DNA of 42,273 nucleotides from a virus, in the IMG/VR virus record IMGVR_UViG_3300033109_000034; one strand, given 5' to 3'. Made by a program: the position numbers and the translations under genes. This document shows positions 15,350 through 24,502 of the stretch, piece after piece (the stretch's first letter is position 1; every line of letters starts with the position of its first letter). A model generated the notes under the pieces. That model did no database searches. It was not told where the DNA came from and saw only the letters and a program-made list of their open reading frames with translations.

Positions 15350-15814
15350 TTAAGTATTCCATGTAATAGAGGGAAGTTCGGCAAGCAGGGTTTGAATACT
15401 CGGTTGGGCCCTAGCGCCGGATAATACGGCAGCCTGCTGAGTAAATACGTACTGCCACACTTGATCACGCCATGTGATAAAATTTGCAGCATCGTTTTTC
15501 CAAGCTGTGACAGCACTTTGCGCATAGGTGCACAATCTGTCAGCGCCATCGTATTGTCGAGCCGCAGCAACGGCATCGAGATGTTTCTGTATCGCCGCCG
15601 CATAGTCCTCTAACGTAGGCGCCGGTAGCACTAATCCATAGGGCCGCAGCACGTCCGTCAACTCGGCCTCACTGGCGATGCGTGTCACGCGATCGGCCGG
15701 CCATGATGTGACATAGTCCCCCATGGCACTAGACCAGGCTCTAGTGCTGTCGTCGCCAATAACCCAATACCACATGTAAGGGTCGTAACTTGACTCATTA
15801 TACATATTCAGCAT
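15350..15814 (-). CDS. Putative tail fibre assembly/chaperone protein
   Basis: Sits immediately downstream of the fibre gene and overlaps it (ATG at 15814 or 15805, fibre stop at 15798-15800). Trp-rich ends YMWYWVIGDD and WRDQVWQY. The assignment rests mainly on position. Confidence 0.45.
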   Translation of the reverse strand: MLNMYNESSYDPYMWYWVIGDDSTRAWSSAMGDYVTSWPADRVTRIASEAELTDVLRPYGLVLPAPTLEDYAAAIQKHLDAVAAARQYDGADRLCTYAQSAVTAWKNDAANFITWRDQVWQYVFTQQAAVLSGARAQPSIQTLLAELPSITWNT

Positions 15815-16934
15815 CCGCAGTTGTTGTGCCAGCGACACTGCCGGGGAAATACGACGCACCGCCGCCGTTTGTATCAATCGATCCGTTTCCGGTTACCGAA
15901 TAGCGTTTCCCCGTAGCGCTTCCGGTTGTCGACAAGCCGTGTACAACTAATTGGCCGCCGCGCGCTACATAGGCGCACGATGTCGCCCACGCCGGGGTAC
16001 CCGTAAGTGTCAGAGACATCGAAGATAGGTTGATGATGGATAGCGCAGATGGCTGAAAAACCGTGTTACAGTTGCCAGATATCTCCATAGTGAAGGAGCT
16101 ACCGAAGATTTTTCCACCTGTTCCCGTAATCATGCACGCACCGTTACCAACCCCGCCAAAGCAGATATTACCATTGATATATACAATAGCCCCATGAGCC
16201 GCCTTTATTCCGTCGCCGCTCGATGATGTTATTTTAAATCCGCGTAGACTAATCCCCTGCCCGCCGGAATATCCAGATGTGTTACCGACGATAAGGGCCG
16301 ACCCCGTGGTCGAGATGTGGCAGTTCGCCGGGGTTGTCGTGTTGCCTGTCAATTGTACCGTTGACGCGCCAACCCAAGGCTTATTGATCGCCACAACATC
16401 TGTATATGTGCCGTCAGCGACCACAATCTCGACGGCGTATCCACGCATGTCGATGCCGGAGCAAACATCGACGGCCTTCTGTATTGTCAGAAATGCGCCG
16501 CCCGCCGTGTTGGCCAATCCGGTGTTGCTATCGCTACCGTCAGTCCGGACGTAATACGTCCTCGCCGCTGTCAGGACTTCACGCAGCGTGCCTCCGGAAA
16601 GTGTCGTGCTCGTTCCGGCCGTTGCCGCCACCGTGCCAGTGCCGATTTTTACCGCATTGCCCTGGGGTTTGTATCGATAGCCATCCGCGGACACAATGCA
16701 CGTAACGCCACCATCGTCTGCCGTTGTCGTGTCGGAGGCGTCGTACTTGTACATGGTCGGCGCATAATTCGTGCCGAGCAAGACAAGGACATATGCAGCC
16801 TGTTGCGTCGTCAGGCCCTGCAAACCTGACAACGTCATAATCGTGGGCACATAGTCACGCAAGCCGTTGCGGATATCGGCTTTCGCGACCGCAACCCCGT
16901 CCGTCCATGCTGTCGACCAAAACGGATAAACCAT
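15798..16934 (-). CDS. Tail fibre / tailspike with right-handed beta-helix (pectate-lyase-like) domain
   Basis: TYYVRTDGSDSNTGL...AFLTIQKAVD is followed by repetitive G/T/S/N-rich coils (GNTSGYSGGQGISLRGFKITSSSGDGIK...). It is the last large gene of the tail module. Confidence 0.65.
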   Translation of the reverse strand: MVYPFWSTAWTDGVAVAKADIRNGLRDYVPTIMTLSGLQGLTTQQAAYVLVLLGTNYAPTMYKYDASDTTTADDGGVTCIVSADGYRYKPQGNAVKIGTGTVAATAGTSTTLSGGTLREVLTAARTYYVRTDGSDSNTGLANTAGGAFLTIQKAVDVCSGIDMRGYAVEIVVADGTYTDVVAINKPWVGASTVQLTGNTTTPANCHISTTGSALIVGNTSGYSGGQGISLRGFKITSSSGDGIKAAHGAIVYINGNICFGGVGNGACMITGTGGKIFGSSFTMEISGNCNTVFQPSALSIINLSSMSLTLTGTPAWATSCAYVARGGQLVVHGLSTTGSATGKRYSVTGNGSIDTNGGGASYFPGSVAGTTTADAEYV

Positions 16935-16944
16935 GTGTCGTTCC

Positions 16945-18435
16945 TCAGATTAGATACGATGTCGGGTCAGCGTGCACGTCGGCAAAGTATTTTCTCGCGG
17001 TCACTATACATCCGATGCCCGAAAGGTCAACTTGGTACACTCTCCAGGAGCCGGCAAGAAACGGCATCGAGTCGGAGTCGATCGCAAAGAAATCGCCAAC
17101 GTCCAGATATAGGCAATGGTCCCTGAGTCGAATAGTCAACGGCAACTCGGTTCGGGACGCCACCAAACGCCTGTAGGCCAAAATCTGTGCGCTGAAACCG
17201 TTAGGCGTGAATGGTAAATCAACCGCGGTTTCCCGCGCAACCGAGTCGCCAAAATACGTTGCCCGGTCAATAACCGGAGTTACCAACTTTCGCCCGGAAT
17301 CGCTTGCATCGTAGTACGTGGCTTTTATAGCGCTAAATACGCCTGCTGCAGGTGCCTCGTGCGAGAAATCCTCCACACCCAATATATCGTCATCGGTTAT
17401 CGTCGTGACTACGTCGCCGCCCTCAAACGCTTTCACGCGGTACAGCCCATCAGAATAGGATATCGCGCCGTTGAACGTAGTGAGCATTTGCGCCAGCTGC
17501 TGGGCGAGCGGCACGTCTGATTGTACGACGCCCGCTAGCGTAAACCGCTTGAACGCTGATCCGCCGAACGTGATTTCATAATCACAAGCGTCGGCGGCTT
17601 CGGCTACGGATTCCCAATCTATATAGGATTGATCCACACCGACACCCCACGCGTTGACCATCGCATGGGCGACGCATAGCGCTGGATTATCGCTATAAAT
17701 CCAGGTGCTGGAATCCGTGGCGCTGCACGTTGCGTCCCGAGGGTCGTGCACCTTCATCCCGCGAATCAGGTACGCGGGATCAGCGCCGGTCCCATACACG
17801 TAATTATGCTGTGCTGCGTCTGATCCCCAATCCAGCATAACGACACCGCGCGCAATGCCTTGCTGCCGGAAGCTCGACGCCGTGGCGGTAAACACAGAAT
17901 ATAGCAACGCGCTACGCGTTTGCGCCGCCGACCCTATCGAATCTAGCTCGGCGCTCACCATGTCATAGTAACGAGTGCCGATCACAGCGTCGCCACTTCC
18001 ATCAAGCGTAACCGGCTCCTCACCTAAATAGAGCGCGTCAATTCCCCCGATTTCTCCATCACTTAGCGCCGAGACTATGCACAAATACGGGTTGACCGCG
18101 TCCTGGAATAACACCGCGCCACCGACTCGGAGCCGGCCATATGCAAAGCGCCGCGGCGGGGTAGGCTGCCGCAGCGCAAACGGCCTCGCAAGGTTGATGT
18201 TAGCAGCCGCGTTTCCGGTGCGCGTCTGGTCAGCGTAATTAGACTGCTCCAGTGTCGGCGTGCTGCTCGGTGTTATCGTACCGCTGACGCGCTGTTGTGT
18301 GAGATAGCTATACCCCGCGGCTACCGCTGTCGCGGCGACCGAAACAAACGCCGCGCCGATGCTCACCGCGCCAACCGCAACACCTAGCGCGCCGGTTGCT
18401 ACGGCGAGCGCTATTGGGATTAAAACGGGCGGCAT
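16945..18435 (-). CDS. Host-specificity / central tail protein (Phage-tail_3, GTA g15-like N-terminal part)
   Basis: Gly/Ala-rich hydrophobic N-terminus IALAVATGALGVAVGAVSIGAAFV, as in GTA-type host specificity proteins. Position after hub and peptidase-like genes supports the call. Confidence 0.6.
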   Translation of the reverse strand: MPPVLIPIALAVATGALGVAVGAVSIGAAFVSVAATAVAAGYSYLTQQRVSGTITPSSTPTLEQSNYADQTRTGNAAANINLARPFALRQPTPPRRFAYGRLRVGGAVLFQDAVNPYLCIVSALSDGEIGGIDALYLGEEPVTLDGSGDAVIGTRYYDMVSAELDSIGSAAQTRSALLYSVFTATASSFRQQGIARGVVMLDWGSDAAQHNYVYGTGADPAYLIRGMKVHDPRDATCSATDSSTWIYSDNPALCVAHAMVNAWGVGVDQSYIDWESVAEAADACDYEITFGGSAFKRFTLAGVVQSDVPLAQQLAQMLTTFNGAISYSDGLYRVKAFEGGDVVTTITDDDILGVEDFSHEAPAAGVFSAIKATYYDASDSGRKLVTPVIDRATYFGDSVARETAVDLPFTPNGFSAQILAYRRLVASRTELPLTIRLRDHCLYLDVGDFFAIDSDSMPFLAGSWRVYQVDLSGIGCIVTARKYFADVHADPTSYLI

Positions 18436-18813
18436 CTATGCGCACTCCATTTGACAGATGACATCAGGTTGCCGCAAAACAATAATCCCGGTCGGCCACA
18501 TGCGCACCAGCCAGCGGCCCCTGTACTTGAGCGCCAGCGCCTCTTTGTCACCTAGACGCACAACACCCCACCCATCCGGCGCATCGGTCTCAGCGATGCC
18601 ATACGCCCCGGCAAATCGCCTTGCCGTATGCTCTTGCCGATCCGCGAGCACTTGCCTCTTGCGCAGCGCTGCCGGCTGAGCTTGCCATGCGCGAAAAGCG
18701 GCTTCGAATTTCGGGCAGCCAGAAATAGCCGCGGCGACTGCGGATAGGCAATTGCAGCTCGCATGATCCCACGGGCGCAACGAATGCATCACAAAGGCTT
18801 GCGTGTCGATCAT
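18436..18813 (-). CDS. Hypothetical tail-module protein at the position of the GTA NlpC/P60-like peptidase
   Basis: ATGA overlap with the upstream gene. A Cys-containing HASCNCLS motif is present. The assignment is by position only. Confidence 0.4.
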   Translation of the reverse strand: MIDTQAFVMHSLRPWDHASCNCLSAVAAAISGCPKFEAAFRAWQAQPAALRKRQVLADRQEHTARRFAGAYGIAETDAPDGWGVVRLGDKEALALKYRGRWLVRMWPTGIIVLRQPDVICQMECA

Positions 18814-20123
18814 GTCCACAGCCTCAAATACGAATCCGGCTCGCCGCTAACGACAACCTTGGCGCCTGTGTCCTCAGTTACGAGCGCACCCGTACTCGAC
18901 CGGACCAGCTTTTTAAATGTCGAACCGCCCCTGTAAACATACAAATAAGGGTTTGCGCCACCACCAAAACAACACCCGTAGCTAGTGCCGTCCTCTACAT
19001 AAAATGCGCCATCGCTACGCATGATCCTACTCAGCGTAACGCTTGAGCCGCCGCTAACCCACGTCGCGCCGGATGGGTCTCTCCTCGCATAGTGTGTCCC
19101 TGACGCGGGGAAATAAAGCCCGCTATAATTCTCGCCCGATGGCAAGTTGGAGGAGTCAACAGGCACATCGATTCCGAAATACGTAGCGAATTTTGCCCGA
19201 TCCGCACTAGGTGTTCCGGCGCTAGCTATCGTGCCAATTTTCCGCAGCCTATCGCCGGCTGATCCGGTGTGCGCCCGCGTGATATAGTTGCCGTCTGCGC
19301 TAATAGCCTCATCACTGCCGTTGAGCTGCACTGACACGCCGTTGCACAGCATAGCTTGCCCAAGCGACTGATATGTCACCTGATTTGATGTCAGCACGCT
19401 GTCATAGTACCCATTTGACGAGTCGGCACCTAGCAACTCGCCGGACCCTCCGACCTGGAAAACAGGCCCGTAGGTCGCATGACCGTACAGGTTGCCGTCT
19501 GCGTCAGCGATATGCCGATACAGCGACATGTTCGCACGGTAGTAAAGCAGATCGGCAACCGATCCAGGTGTGGCTTGCCACCCCGCAATAACCGCGTTTT
19601 CAAGGCGCGACACCAGATCGCAACCCGTGTCGCCGGGGTACAGCCGCGCTTGATCAACACCCGTGTAGTATGCCCGCGGAACAACCGACCAATCAGCGTG
19701 AGGTGCCCGGATATTCGCCGCTAGCTGCACTGTGTCGCCGGAGAACCGCGTCGTGAGGTAGTCGCCGAGTCCAGAAAACAGCAACTTGTATCCAAGCACA
19801 ATTCCGGTATCGACCGAAATCCACACCGCATATAGAAGCGCCGTTTGCCCGCGAATGGATGGTTCAACGCCGCGGAAATCGGAAAGGGGCACGCCGTTTA
19901 GCTTGACCGAAACCGCGTGGTTCTGGATGTCGGCCGAATTTGAGACGCCGCCGATTTCCATGAGGCTGGCCACGCCTAAGTAAGTGTCGCCGTTGAATAC
20001 GAAATCGCCCACGCCATCCCACGCCAGCACTGTGCCGCTGGTGTGCGTCATTTTGAAGAAATGATGCCGGGCGCACGTCCCTGCACGCACCGCGGCGACA
20101 AGCTCGGTAGGTGCTGCCGGCAT
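18810..20123 (-). CDS. Tail hub/baseplate protein (DUF2163 / BR0599-like)
   Basis: N-terminal pattern HHFFKMTHTSGTVLAWDGVGDFVFNGDTYLGV...VSNSADIQNHAVSVKLNGV is typical of this hub family. TAATG overlap with the upstream gene. Confidence 0.6.
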   Translation of the reverse strand: MPAAPTELVAAVRAGTCARHHFFKMTHTSGTVLAWDGVGDFVFNGDTYLGVASLMEIGGVSNSADIQNHAVSVKLNGVPLSDFRGVEPSIRGQTALLYAVWISVDTGIVLGYKLLFSGLGDYLTTRFSGDTVQLAANIRAPHADWSVVPRAYYTGVDQARLYPGDTGCDLVSRLENAVIAGWQATPGSVADLLYYRANMSLYRHIADADGNLYGHATYGPVFQVGGSGELLGADSSNGYYDSVLTSNQVTYQSLGQAMLCNGVSVQLNGSDEAISADGNYITRAHTGSAGDRLRKIGTIASAGTPSADRAKFATYFGIDVPVDSSNLPSGENYSGLYFPASGTHYARRDPSGATWVSGGSSVTLSRIMRSDGAFYVEDGTSYGCCFGGGANPYLYVYRGGSTFKKLVRSSTGALVTEDTGAKVVVSGEPDSYLRLWT

Positions 20124-20752
20124 TAGTACGACTCCTCTAGCGTCACGTCGATTGCCTGACACCGGCCACCCAGCACAAGAGGCACTGCAGGCGTTGCACC
20201 ACTTAAACGGAATTCCCCGTACACACCGTCGAACCTAACCGCTGCGCCGGCTGCGACTGCAGCGCGGAGGCGCGGGCGAAATTCCAGCGTGACGTTTCCC
20301 GAGCCCGCGTCGGTAACAGACACAACCCGCACGAGCTGCCCGCCAATGCTTAAACAGCCGCCGACTGTGTAATCTGTTGTCGCACCGGCCACAACAATCG
20401 TACTGCCACCAAAAGCGACCGCCGATACTGCCGCGGTGTCGGTCGAGTCAATAAACCCGGTGCCGTCCGTGAACTCGGTAGAGTCAGTGTACGCCGTCGT
20501 AACCGATGCCGCAGCCTTTGCTTTCGGGGCCGCGAGCAAAAACGGCTTCCGGCCACGGAGACTGTGCAGCCACGCGCGAAACGCAAATGCATCCGTCGCG
20601 GTCATTGGCGCGACGCTGAGCTTAGCGAGCCACCGTGCGCCAGCTCCGGCTTCGTATTGGAGAAACCCGGCCGATGGAGTAACGCCGCGGCTGTGCGCCA
20701 CGACTTGCAGCACTTTTTGCTGTATTTTTGCGATGGATGGCCACGCAGTCAT
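20123..20752 (-). CDS. Distal tail protein-like, paralogue B
   Basis: Its position follows the tape measure gene. The C-terminus PRLRAAVAAGAAVRFDGVYGEFRLSG aligns by eye with the upstream gene. Confidence 0.5.
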   Translation of the reverse strand: MTAWPSIAKIQQKVLQVVAHSRGVTPSAGFLQYEAGAGARWLAKLSVAPMTATDAFAFRAWLHSLRGRKPFLLAAPKAKAAASVTTAYTDSTEFTDGTGFIDSTDTAAVSAVAFGGSTIVVAGATTDYTVGGCLSIGGQLVRVVSVTDAGSGNVTLEFRPRLRAAVAAGAAVRFDGVYGEFRLSGATPAVPLVLGGRCQAIDVTLEESY

Positions 20753-21342
20753 ATAGCCTCCACTGCCGCTAGCGATATAACGCCGCGGTCAAGCCTCAGC
20801 GCGACGCCGCCTGATTCATCCGATGCCAGCTTAAATCGACCATAAACGCTCGATCCAACAACTACCGCAGCCGAAGTTGTGAAGGCGTGCCGTACCCGAG
20901 GCGCTACCTTTAGCGCTGTTGTGGCGCTTGTCGCAGCCTCTAGCACCTCAAACATCTGATAGGTGGTCTCGATATCCCCGACACCGATCAGCGCGCCGGC
21001 CGGAATCGTTCCCGTTACCGTGACCGGGATTTCTCCCGAGCCCCGCGTTGTTGTGGCACTTATGGCTATCGTAGCCGAACATTCGGCGCCCCACACTCGC
21101 GGAGTCATCGGCATCTTGAATGCCGTGACACGCCCGTCAAGCGCCTCCACCCATGCCTGCAACGCACTGACATACGCCGCCGCAATCGGCGCAAATGCGG
21201 CCTCCAAAAAGAGCACCTCGCGAAACCCGTAAGGCACTGGGTTCCGCAAATTGATCTCGCTTTTCTGCTCATCGGTGGCGTTGCGCACGACGAGCCGAGC
21301 ATCCACCGGCTTTAAGTACGATGGAAGTTGCGTGAGTGCCAT
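20749..21342 (-). CDS. Distal tail protein-like, paralogue A
   Basis: Sits immediately after the tape measure gene. The C-terminus PRVRHAFTTSAAVVVGSSVYGRFKLAS parallels 20123..20752. Confidence 0.5.
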   Translation of the reverse strand: MALTQLPSYLKPVDARLVVRNATDEQKSEINLRNPVPYGFREVLFLEAAFAPIAAAYVSALQAWVEALDGRVTAFKMPMTPRVWGAECSATIAISATTTRGSGEIPVTVTGTIPAGALIGVGDIETTYQMFEVLEAATSATTALKVAPRVRHAFTTSAAVVVGSSVYGRFKLASDESGGVALRLDRGVISLAAVEAI

Positions 21343-21345
21343 CGA

Positions 21346-23103
21346 TCAACCCCGCGTCGGAAAGCGGCGGCGCGCGTCCATAACCGCGGCGACAGGCGGA
21401 GGTCGGCGCCGCTCCATCTCAGCGAGGACGGCAGCGATGCGCTGCTCGACGCCCGTATCGGCGCCGCGTGCGTCGATATTGTAGACGACTGAGCCACCGC
21501 CGGCCGATGAGCCGCCGCTATTAGCAATCACGGTTCCGGCGGTTTGCGGGACGAACACCTCCGGCCCTTTCTCGCCCACGACGTAAGCAGTATTCCCGAG
21601 AACCGGGCCACCCGCGGCGCGGCCATCGTTCGGTGCAAACAGGCTCGCGAGCCAACTTCCGCGCATACCTTTAGACGCGTAGTCCATGAGCGGTTTGAGA
21701 ATCAGCGCCTGATTGATCGCAAGAGCCAGGTTTTTTAGCAGGCTGCCGAAATACTTATCCATGCTCTGCATGTTTCCGTCGAAAGCATCACGAAGCGGAT
21801 CGGTCAACCCAGCTTCGATCGCTGAAAACACCCCGCCCATGTTCTGTTTGATTTTCTCGTTTTCCTCATCGATGTGTTTCTTGATCTTCAAAGACGCCAA
21901 CGCATTTGCGTCGCTCCGCGCCTCTGCATATTCTTCGGCTGTAATCTTATGCTGCGCATACATGCGCCGCACTTCCTCGATTTCTTGCGCCGTTTCGTCG
22001 CGGATTAGATCGAGTGCATAGGCGGAATCGCCGGCCAATAGCTGGCGCTTCATAGCCGATAATTTGTCGGCAGCGTCGAATTGAATTTCGGTGGTCCAAT
22101 CCGGCATCTTAACGCCAAACTTCAGTGCGTCGCCATTCATGGCGCCTGACTTCTGTAGCGCTTCGGCGGCTTTCGCAAAACCGCCTACGAAATCGACTTT
22201 CGCAAATGCCGTTGTTTCCTCTACTGCTTTTTTGACTGAGTCGGCATAGCTACTCATTGCCTCTGACGCGCTCTTGACCGTGGCAATGCTTTTCCCGGTC
22301 TTTGCGTCCACAATGTCGGTATTGCTTGCGAAAGACCTATATAGCTCGACGATGCCGACGACAACCTGCTTGAACTTGGTATCAAGAACGGTCGTGAATT
22401 CGTTATATTTCCGCGTGGCCTCCGCAGCCGCACGAATGGCGTTTTCGTCGAGAATCACACCAAGGTTTTTCGCTTCATCAGCGGCGGCACGAATTCCAGC
22501 CGCACCGCTGCGAAACGCATACGCCAAATCTTCGCCACCACCGCCAAACGCTTTATTTGCGAGCGTCGTGCGTTCCGCCGCGCTTTGCAGTCGATTCATC
22601 GCGCTAATGACAACATCGAATGCCGCGCTTTGGTCTTTCGTCCCGCGAATCTGAGCCTCCACTGTAGGAAGCGCCGTTCGCAAAAACTCATAAAAGCCGC
22701 CTGTTCGCGTCTTCAATTCCGATATGTTGTTCGCGAATTGCTTTGCGGCATCGCTAAACTTGTCATGCGCAATACCAGCCTGCGAAGCCGCGAACGCCAA
22801 TTCCTGGAATTTCTGCGTTGATAGCCCGGCCAATTCAGCTTGCCGCGCCAACGCACCAGCTGAGCTAACGGCCTCTAGTGTTTTTCCGATGCTGATATAG
22901 GCGGCAATCGCCGCGCCGGCTTTTCGTAGCGCTCCGTCAATATCATTCCCAGCCGTTTTGAACTTCGACGAAGCGCGATCAAGTGCGCGTCCACTCGATT
23001 TATCGAAGTCGTCAACACTCTTTTCGGCTTCGCGCATCGCTTGCCGCATTTGAAGCGTGTCCGCTTCCAACTTAATGAGCAGCTTCTCTAGTTCGCCGGC
23101 CAC
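21346..23103 (-). CDS. Tail tape measure protein
   Basis: 585 aa, Ala/Lys/Glu-rich helical sequence. GTG start lies 6 nt after GGAGG. Position is after the G/GT chaperone pair. Confidence 0.8.
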   Translation of the reverse strand: MAGELEKLLIKLEADTLQMRQAMREAEKSVDDFDKSSGRALDRASSKFKTAGNDIDGALRKAGAAIAAYISIGKTLEAVSSAGALARQAELAGLSTQKFQELAFAASQAGIAHDKFSDAAKQFANNISELKTRTGGFYEFLRTALPTVEAQIRGTKDQSAAFDVVISAMNRLQSAAERTTLANKAFGGGGEDLAYAFRSGAAGIRAAADEAKNLGVILDENAIRAAAEATRKYNEFTTVLDTKFKQVVVGIVELYRSFASNTDIVDAKTGKSIATVKSASEAMSSYADSVKKAVEETTAFAKVDFVGGFAKAAEALQKSGAMNGDALKFGVKMPDWTTEIQFDAADKLSAMKRQLLAGDSAYALDLIRDETAQEIEEVRRMYAQHKITAEEYAEARSDANALASLKIKKHIDEENEKIKQNMGGVFSAIEAGLTDPLRDAFDGNMQSMDKYFGSLLKNLALAINQALILKPLMDYASKGMRGSWLASLFAPNDGRAAGGPVLGNTAYVVGEKGPEVFVPQTAGTVIANSGGSSAGGGSVVYNIDARGADTGVEQRIAAVLAEMERRRPPPVAAVMDARRRFPTRG

Positions 23104-23254
23104 GTTTAGCCTCCGCTGCTCTTAGTAGTGTCTCGAATTCACCGCGGCTCATTGGCTCGTCTTTTTGAACCGAATTCGCCGCTAACCAGCCGTCCCACGC
23201 CCAATAAAATTCAGGCACGGTGCACGCATACACGTCCCGTGGCTTCCACCCCAT
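23072..23254 (-). CDS. Tail assembly chaperone T-segment (GTA g11 / rcc01693-like); probably made mainly as the -1 frameshift extension of 23302..23661
   Basis: MGWKPRDVYACTVPEFYWAWDGW motif. The same frame is open without stops from the slippery site at 23338 down to 23072. Confidence 0.6.
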   Translation of the reverse strand: MGWKPRDVYACTVPEFYWAWDGWLAANSVQKDEPMSRGEFETLLRAAEAKRGRRTREAAH

Positions 23255-23301
23255 TACTGCGCCCGCGCCGACATACGCCGCGACGGGAAACCGATCTGCG
23301 C

Positions 23302-23661
23302 CTACGCCGCTAGCATTGCCGGCGACGGCGCTTCGACTTTTCCCGCGCGTGTCTTTCCGGCCGGCGCACTAAATAGCGCAGTGACGATTGAGGACGCGGC
23401 CTTGTGGATTCCGACAATGCCATCTGATTCCAGCATCGCAAGCATGTCGGCGTCCTCATAGTGCTCGCCATTGGACCGCAGTGCCACACGTAACACTGCC
23501 AAGCTATCTCGCAACTTAACCATGCCGCCAGATAGCTGCCGCACAAGAGCCAGCACGCCGATTCCGGTCTCATCCTCAATCTCAAGTGCAAGCCCGATTT
23601 TAACGGGGAGCGTCTTGCTTACGCCCCCAATTTTGAGCTTCACCGTGCCGCGGTTAGTCAT
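23302..23661 (-). CDS. Tail assembly chaperone G (GTA g10-like)
   Basis: GGAGGA SD. VKLKIGGVSKTLPVKIGLALEIEDETG pattern. Position is between the major tail and tape measure genes. Confidence 0.7.
   Translation of the reverse strand: MTNRGTVKLKIGGVSKTLPVKIGLALEIEDETGIGVLALVRQLSGGMVKLRDSLAVLRVALRSNGEHYEDADMLAMLESDGIVGIHKAASSIVTALFSAPAGKTRAGKVEAPSPAMLAA
23338..23344 (-). promoter_or_regulatory. -1 programmed frameshift slippery heptamer G GGA AAA
   Basis: The minus strand reads gcG GGA AAA gtc in the G frame, 12 codons before the G stop. The -1 frame joins the T ORF. Confidence 0.6.
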
Positions 23662-23670
23662 GATCCTCCA

Positions 23671-24093
23671 TCACGTATCAACCGTCCAAGTCACCTCTCC
23701 GGCGCTCTCGATAGTTACGCTGACAGTAACCGCGTCATTGTACCCGCCGGTAAAAGTCAGCTCCGTGATGCGTCCGGACATCACGAAATCGCCGAAATCA
23801 GGAATGTCAAACTTCCAATCGCGGTGCGAACCCGCGAAGAACGCTTCGCGGACTTCCTCCGAGGCCGTGTTGTCCTTAAACACGCCATCCCCAGAAATGG
23901 ACGCCGATTTGATGCCGGTTGCGTCCAACAGCTCGCGCCATTGATTGGTGCTATCGACGTTCGTGATATCGACAGACTCGGAGTTGAACTTGATTGCGCG
24001 GGTGCGCAAGCCGAGCACAGGCTCATAGGCCGGTGTCCCCGCGTTGTTCTTGATCGAAACAATGATTGCTTTGCCTGCGATTTCACCGGACAT
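23671..24093 (-). CDS. Major tail protein (TP901-1 / GTA g9-like)
   Basis: 140 aa in the canonical position. The Thr/Ser/Gly-rich beta-type sequence ends in ...VTVSVTIESAGEVTW. Confidence 0.7.
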   Translation of the reverse strand: MSGEIAGKAIIVSIKNNAGTPAYEPVLGLRTRAIKFNSESVDITNVDSTNQWRELLDATGIKSASISGDGVFKDNTASEEVREAFFAGSHRDWKFDIPDFGDFVMSGRITELTFTGGYNDAVTVSVTIESAGEVTWTVDT

Positions 24094-24114
24094 CTGTTGA
24101 CCTTTCCGTTTTCG

Positions 24115-24501
24115 TTAAGCGCCAGTCGAGGCAAAAGCGCGATATCGGGAAATACCGTGCCATGTCTCGTTGTTCTCGTCAAGAATTACAGTCTCATATT
24201 CCGCCTGAATGGCAGTCAGCTGCCAGCCGTCTTGCGTTGTGCTCGTGAGGTGTAATTGATCTCTGAGCGCCTGTTGATGTGTTTTCGCCTCGTGCGGCCC
24301 TTCGGCCGAAGACCAAAAATGAACGTACATCAACAGCGTGAAGCGGTCGTAATTATCCTCTTGCACCTCACTGTTGCCGATTTGGATATATGGGCAGCTC
24401 TTATCTGGCTCGGGATGCGCGACAACATCGACGGCCGGCAATGCGGTGCCTAGCGCAGCATATATGATCTTTTGCAGGGCGATGTCGGGAGAATTTGCCA
24501 C
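24115..24501 (-). CDS. Tail completion protein (DUF3168 / HK97 gp11-like)
   Basis: GTG 24501 lies 1 nt after the upstream stop with AAGGG upstream. LQKIIYAALGTALPAVDV...PYIQIG pattern. Confidence 0.6.
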   Translation of the reverse strand: MANSPDIALQKIIYAALGTALPAVDVVAHPEPDKSCPYIQIGNSEVQEDNYDRFTLLMYVHFWSSAEGPHEAKTHQQALRDQLHLTSTTQDGWQLTAIQAEYETVILDENNETWHGISRYRAFASTGA

Positions 24502-24502
24502 G

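Noticed and set aside
13165-16934. Gin/Cin-type invertible tail-fibre segment controlled by the serine recombinase
   Set aside because: I found no inverted repeats flanking the fibre 3' region and no alternative fibre C-termini in opposite orientation. The recombinase is separated from the fibre by seven unrelated genes. This was checked by eye only, so a computational repeat search is still advisable.
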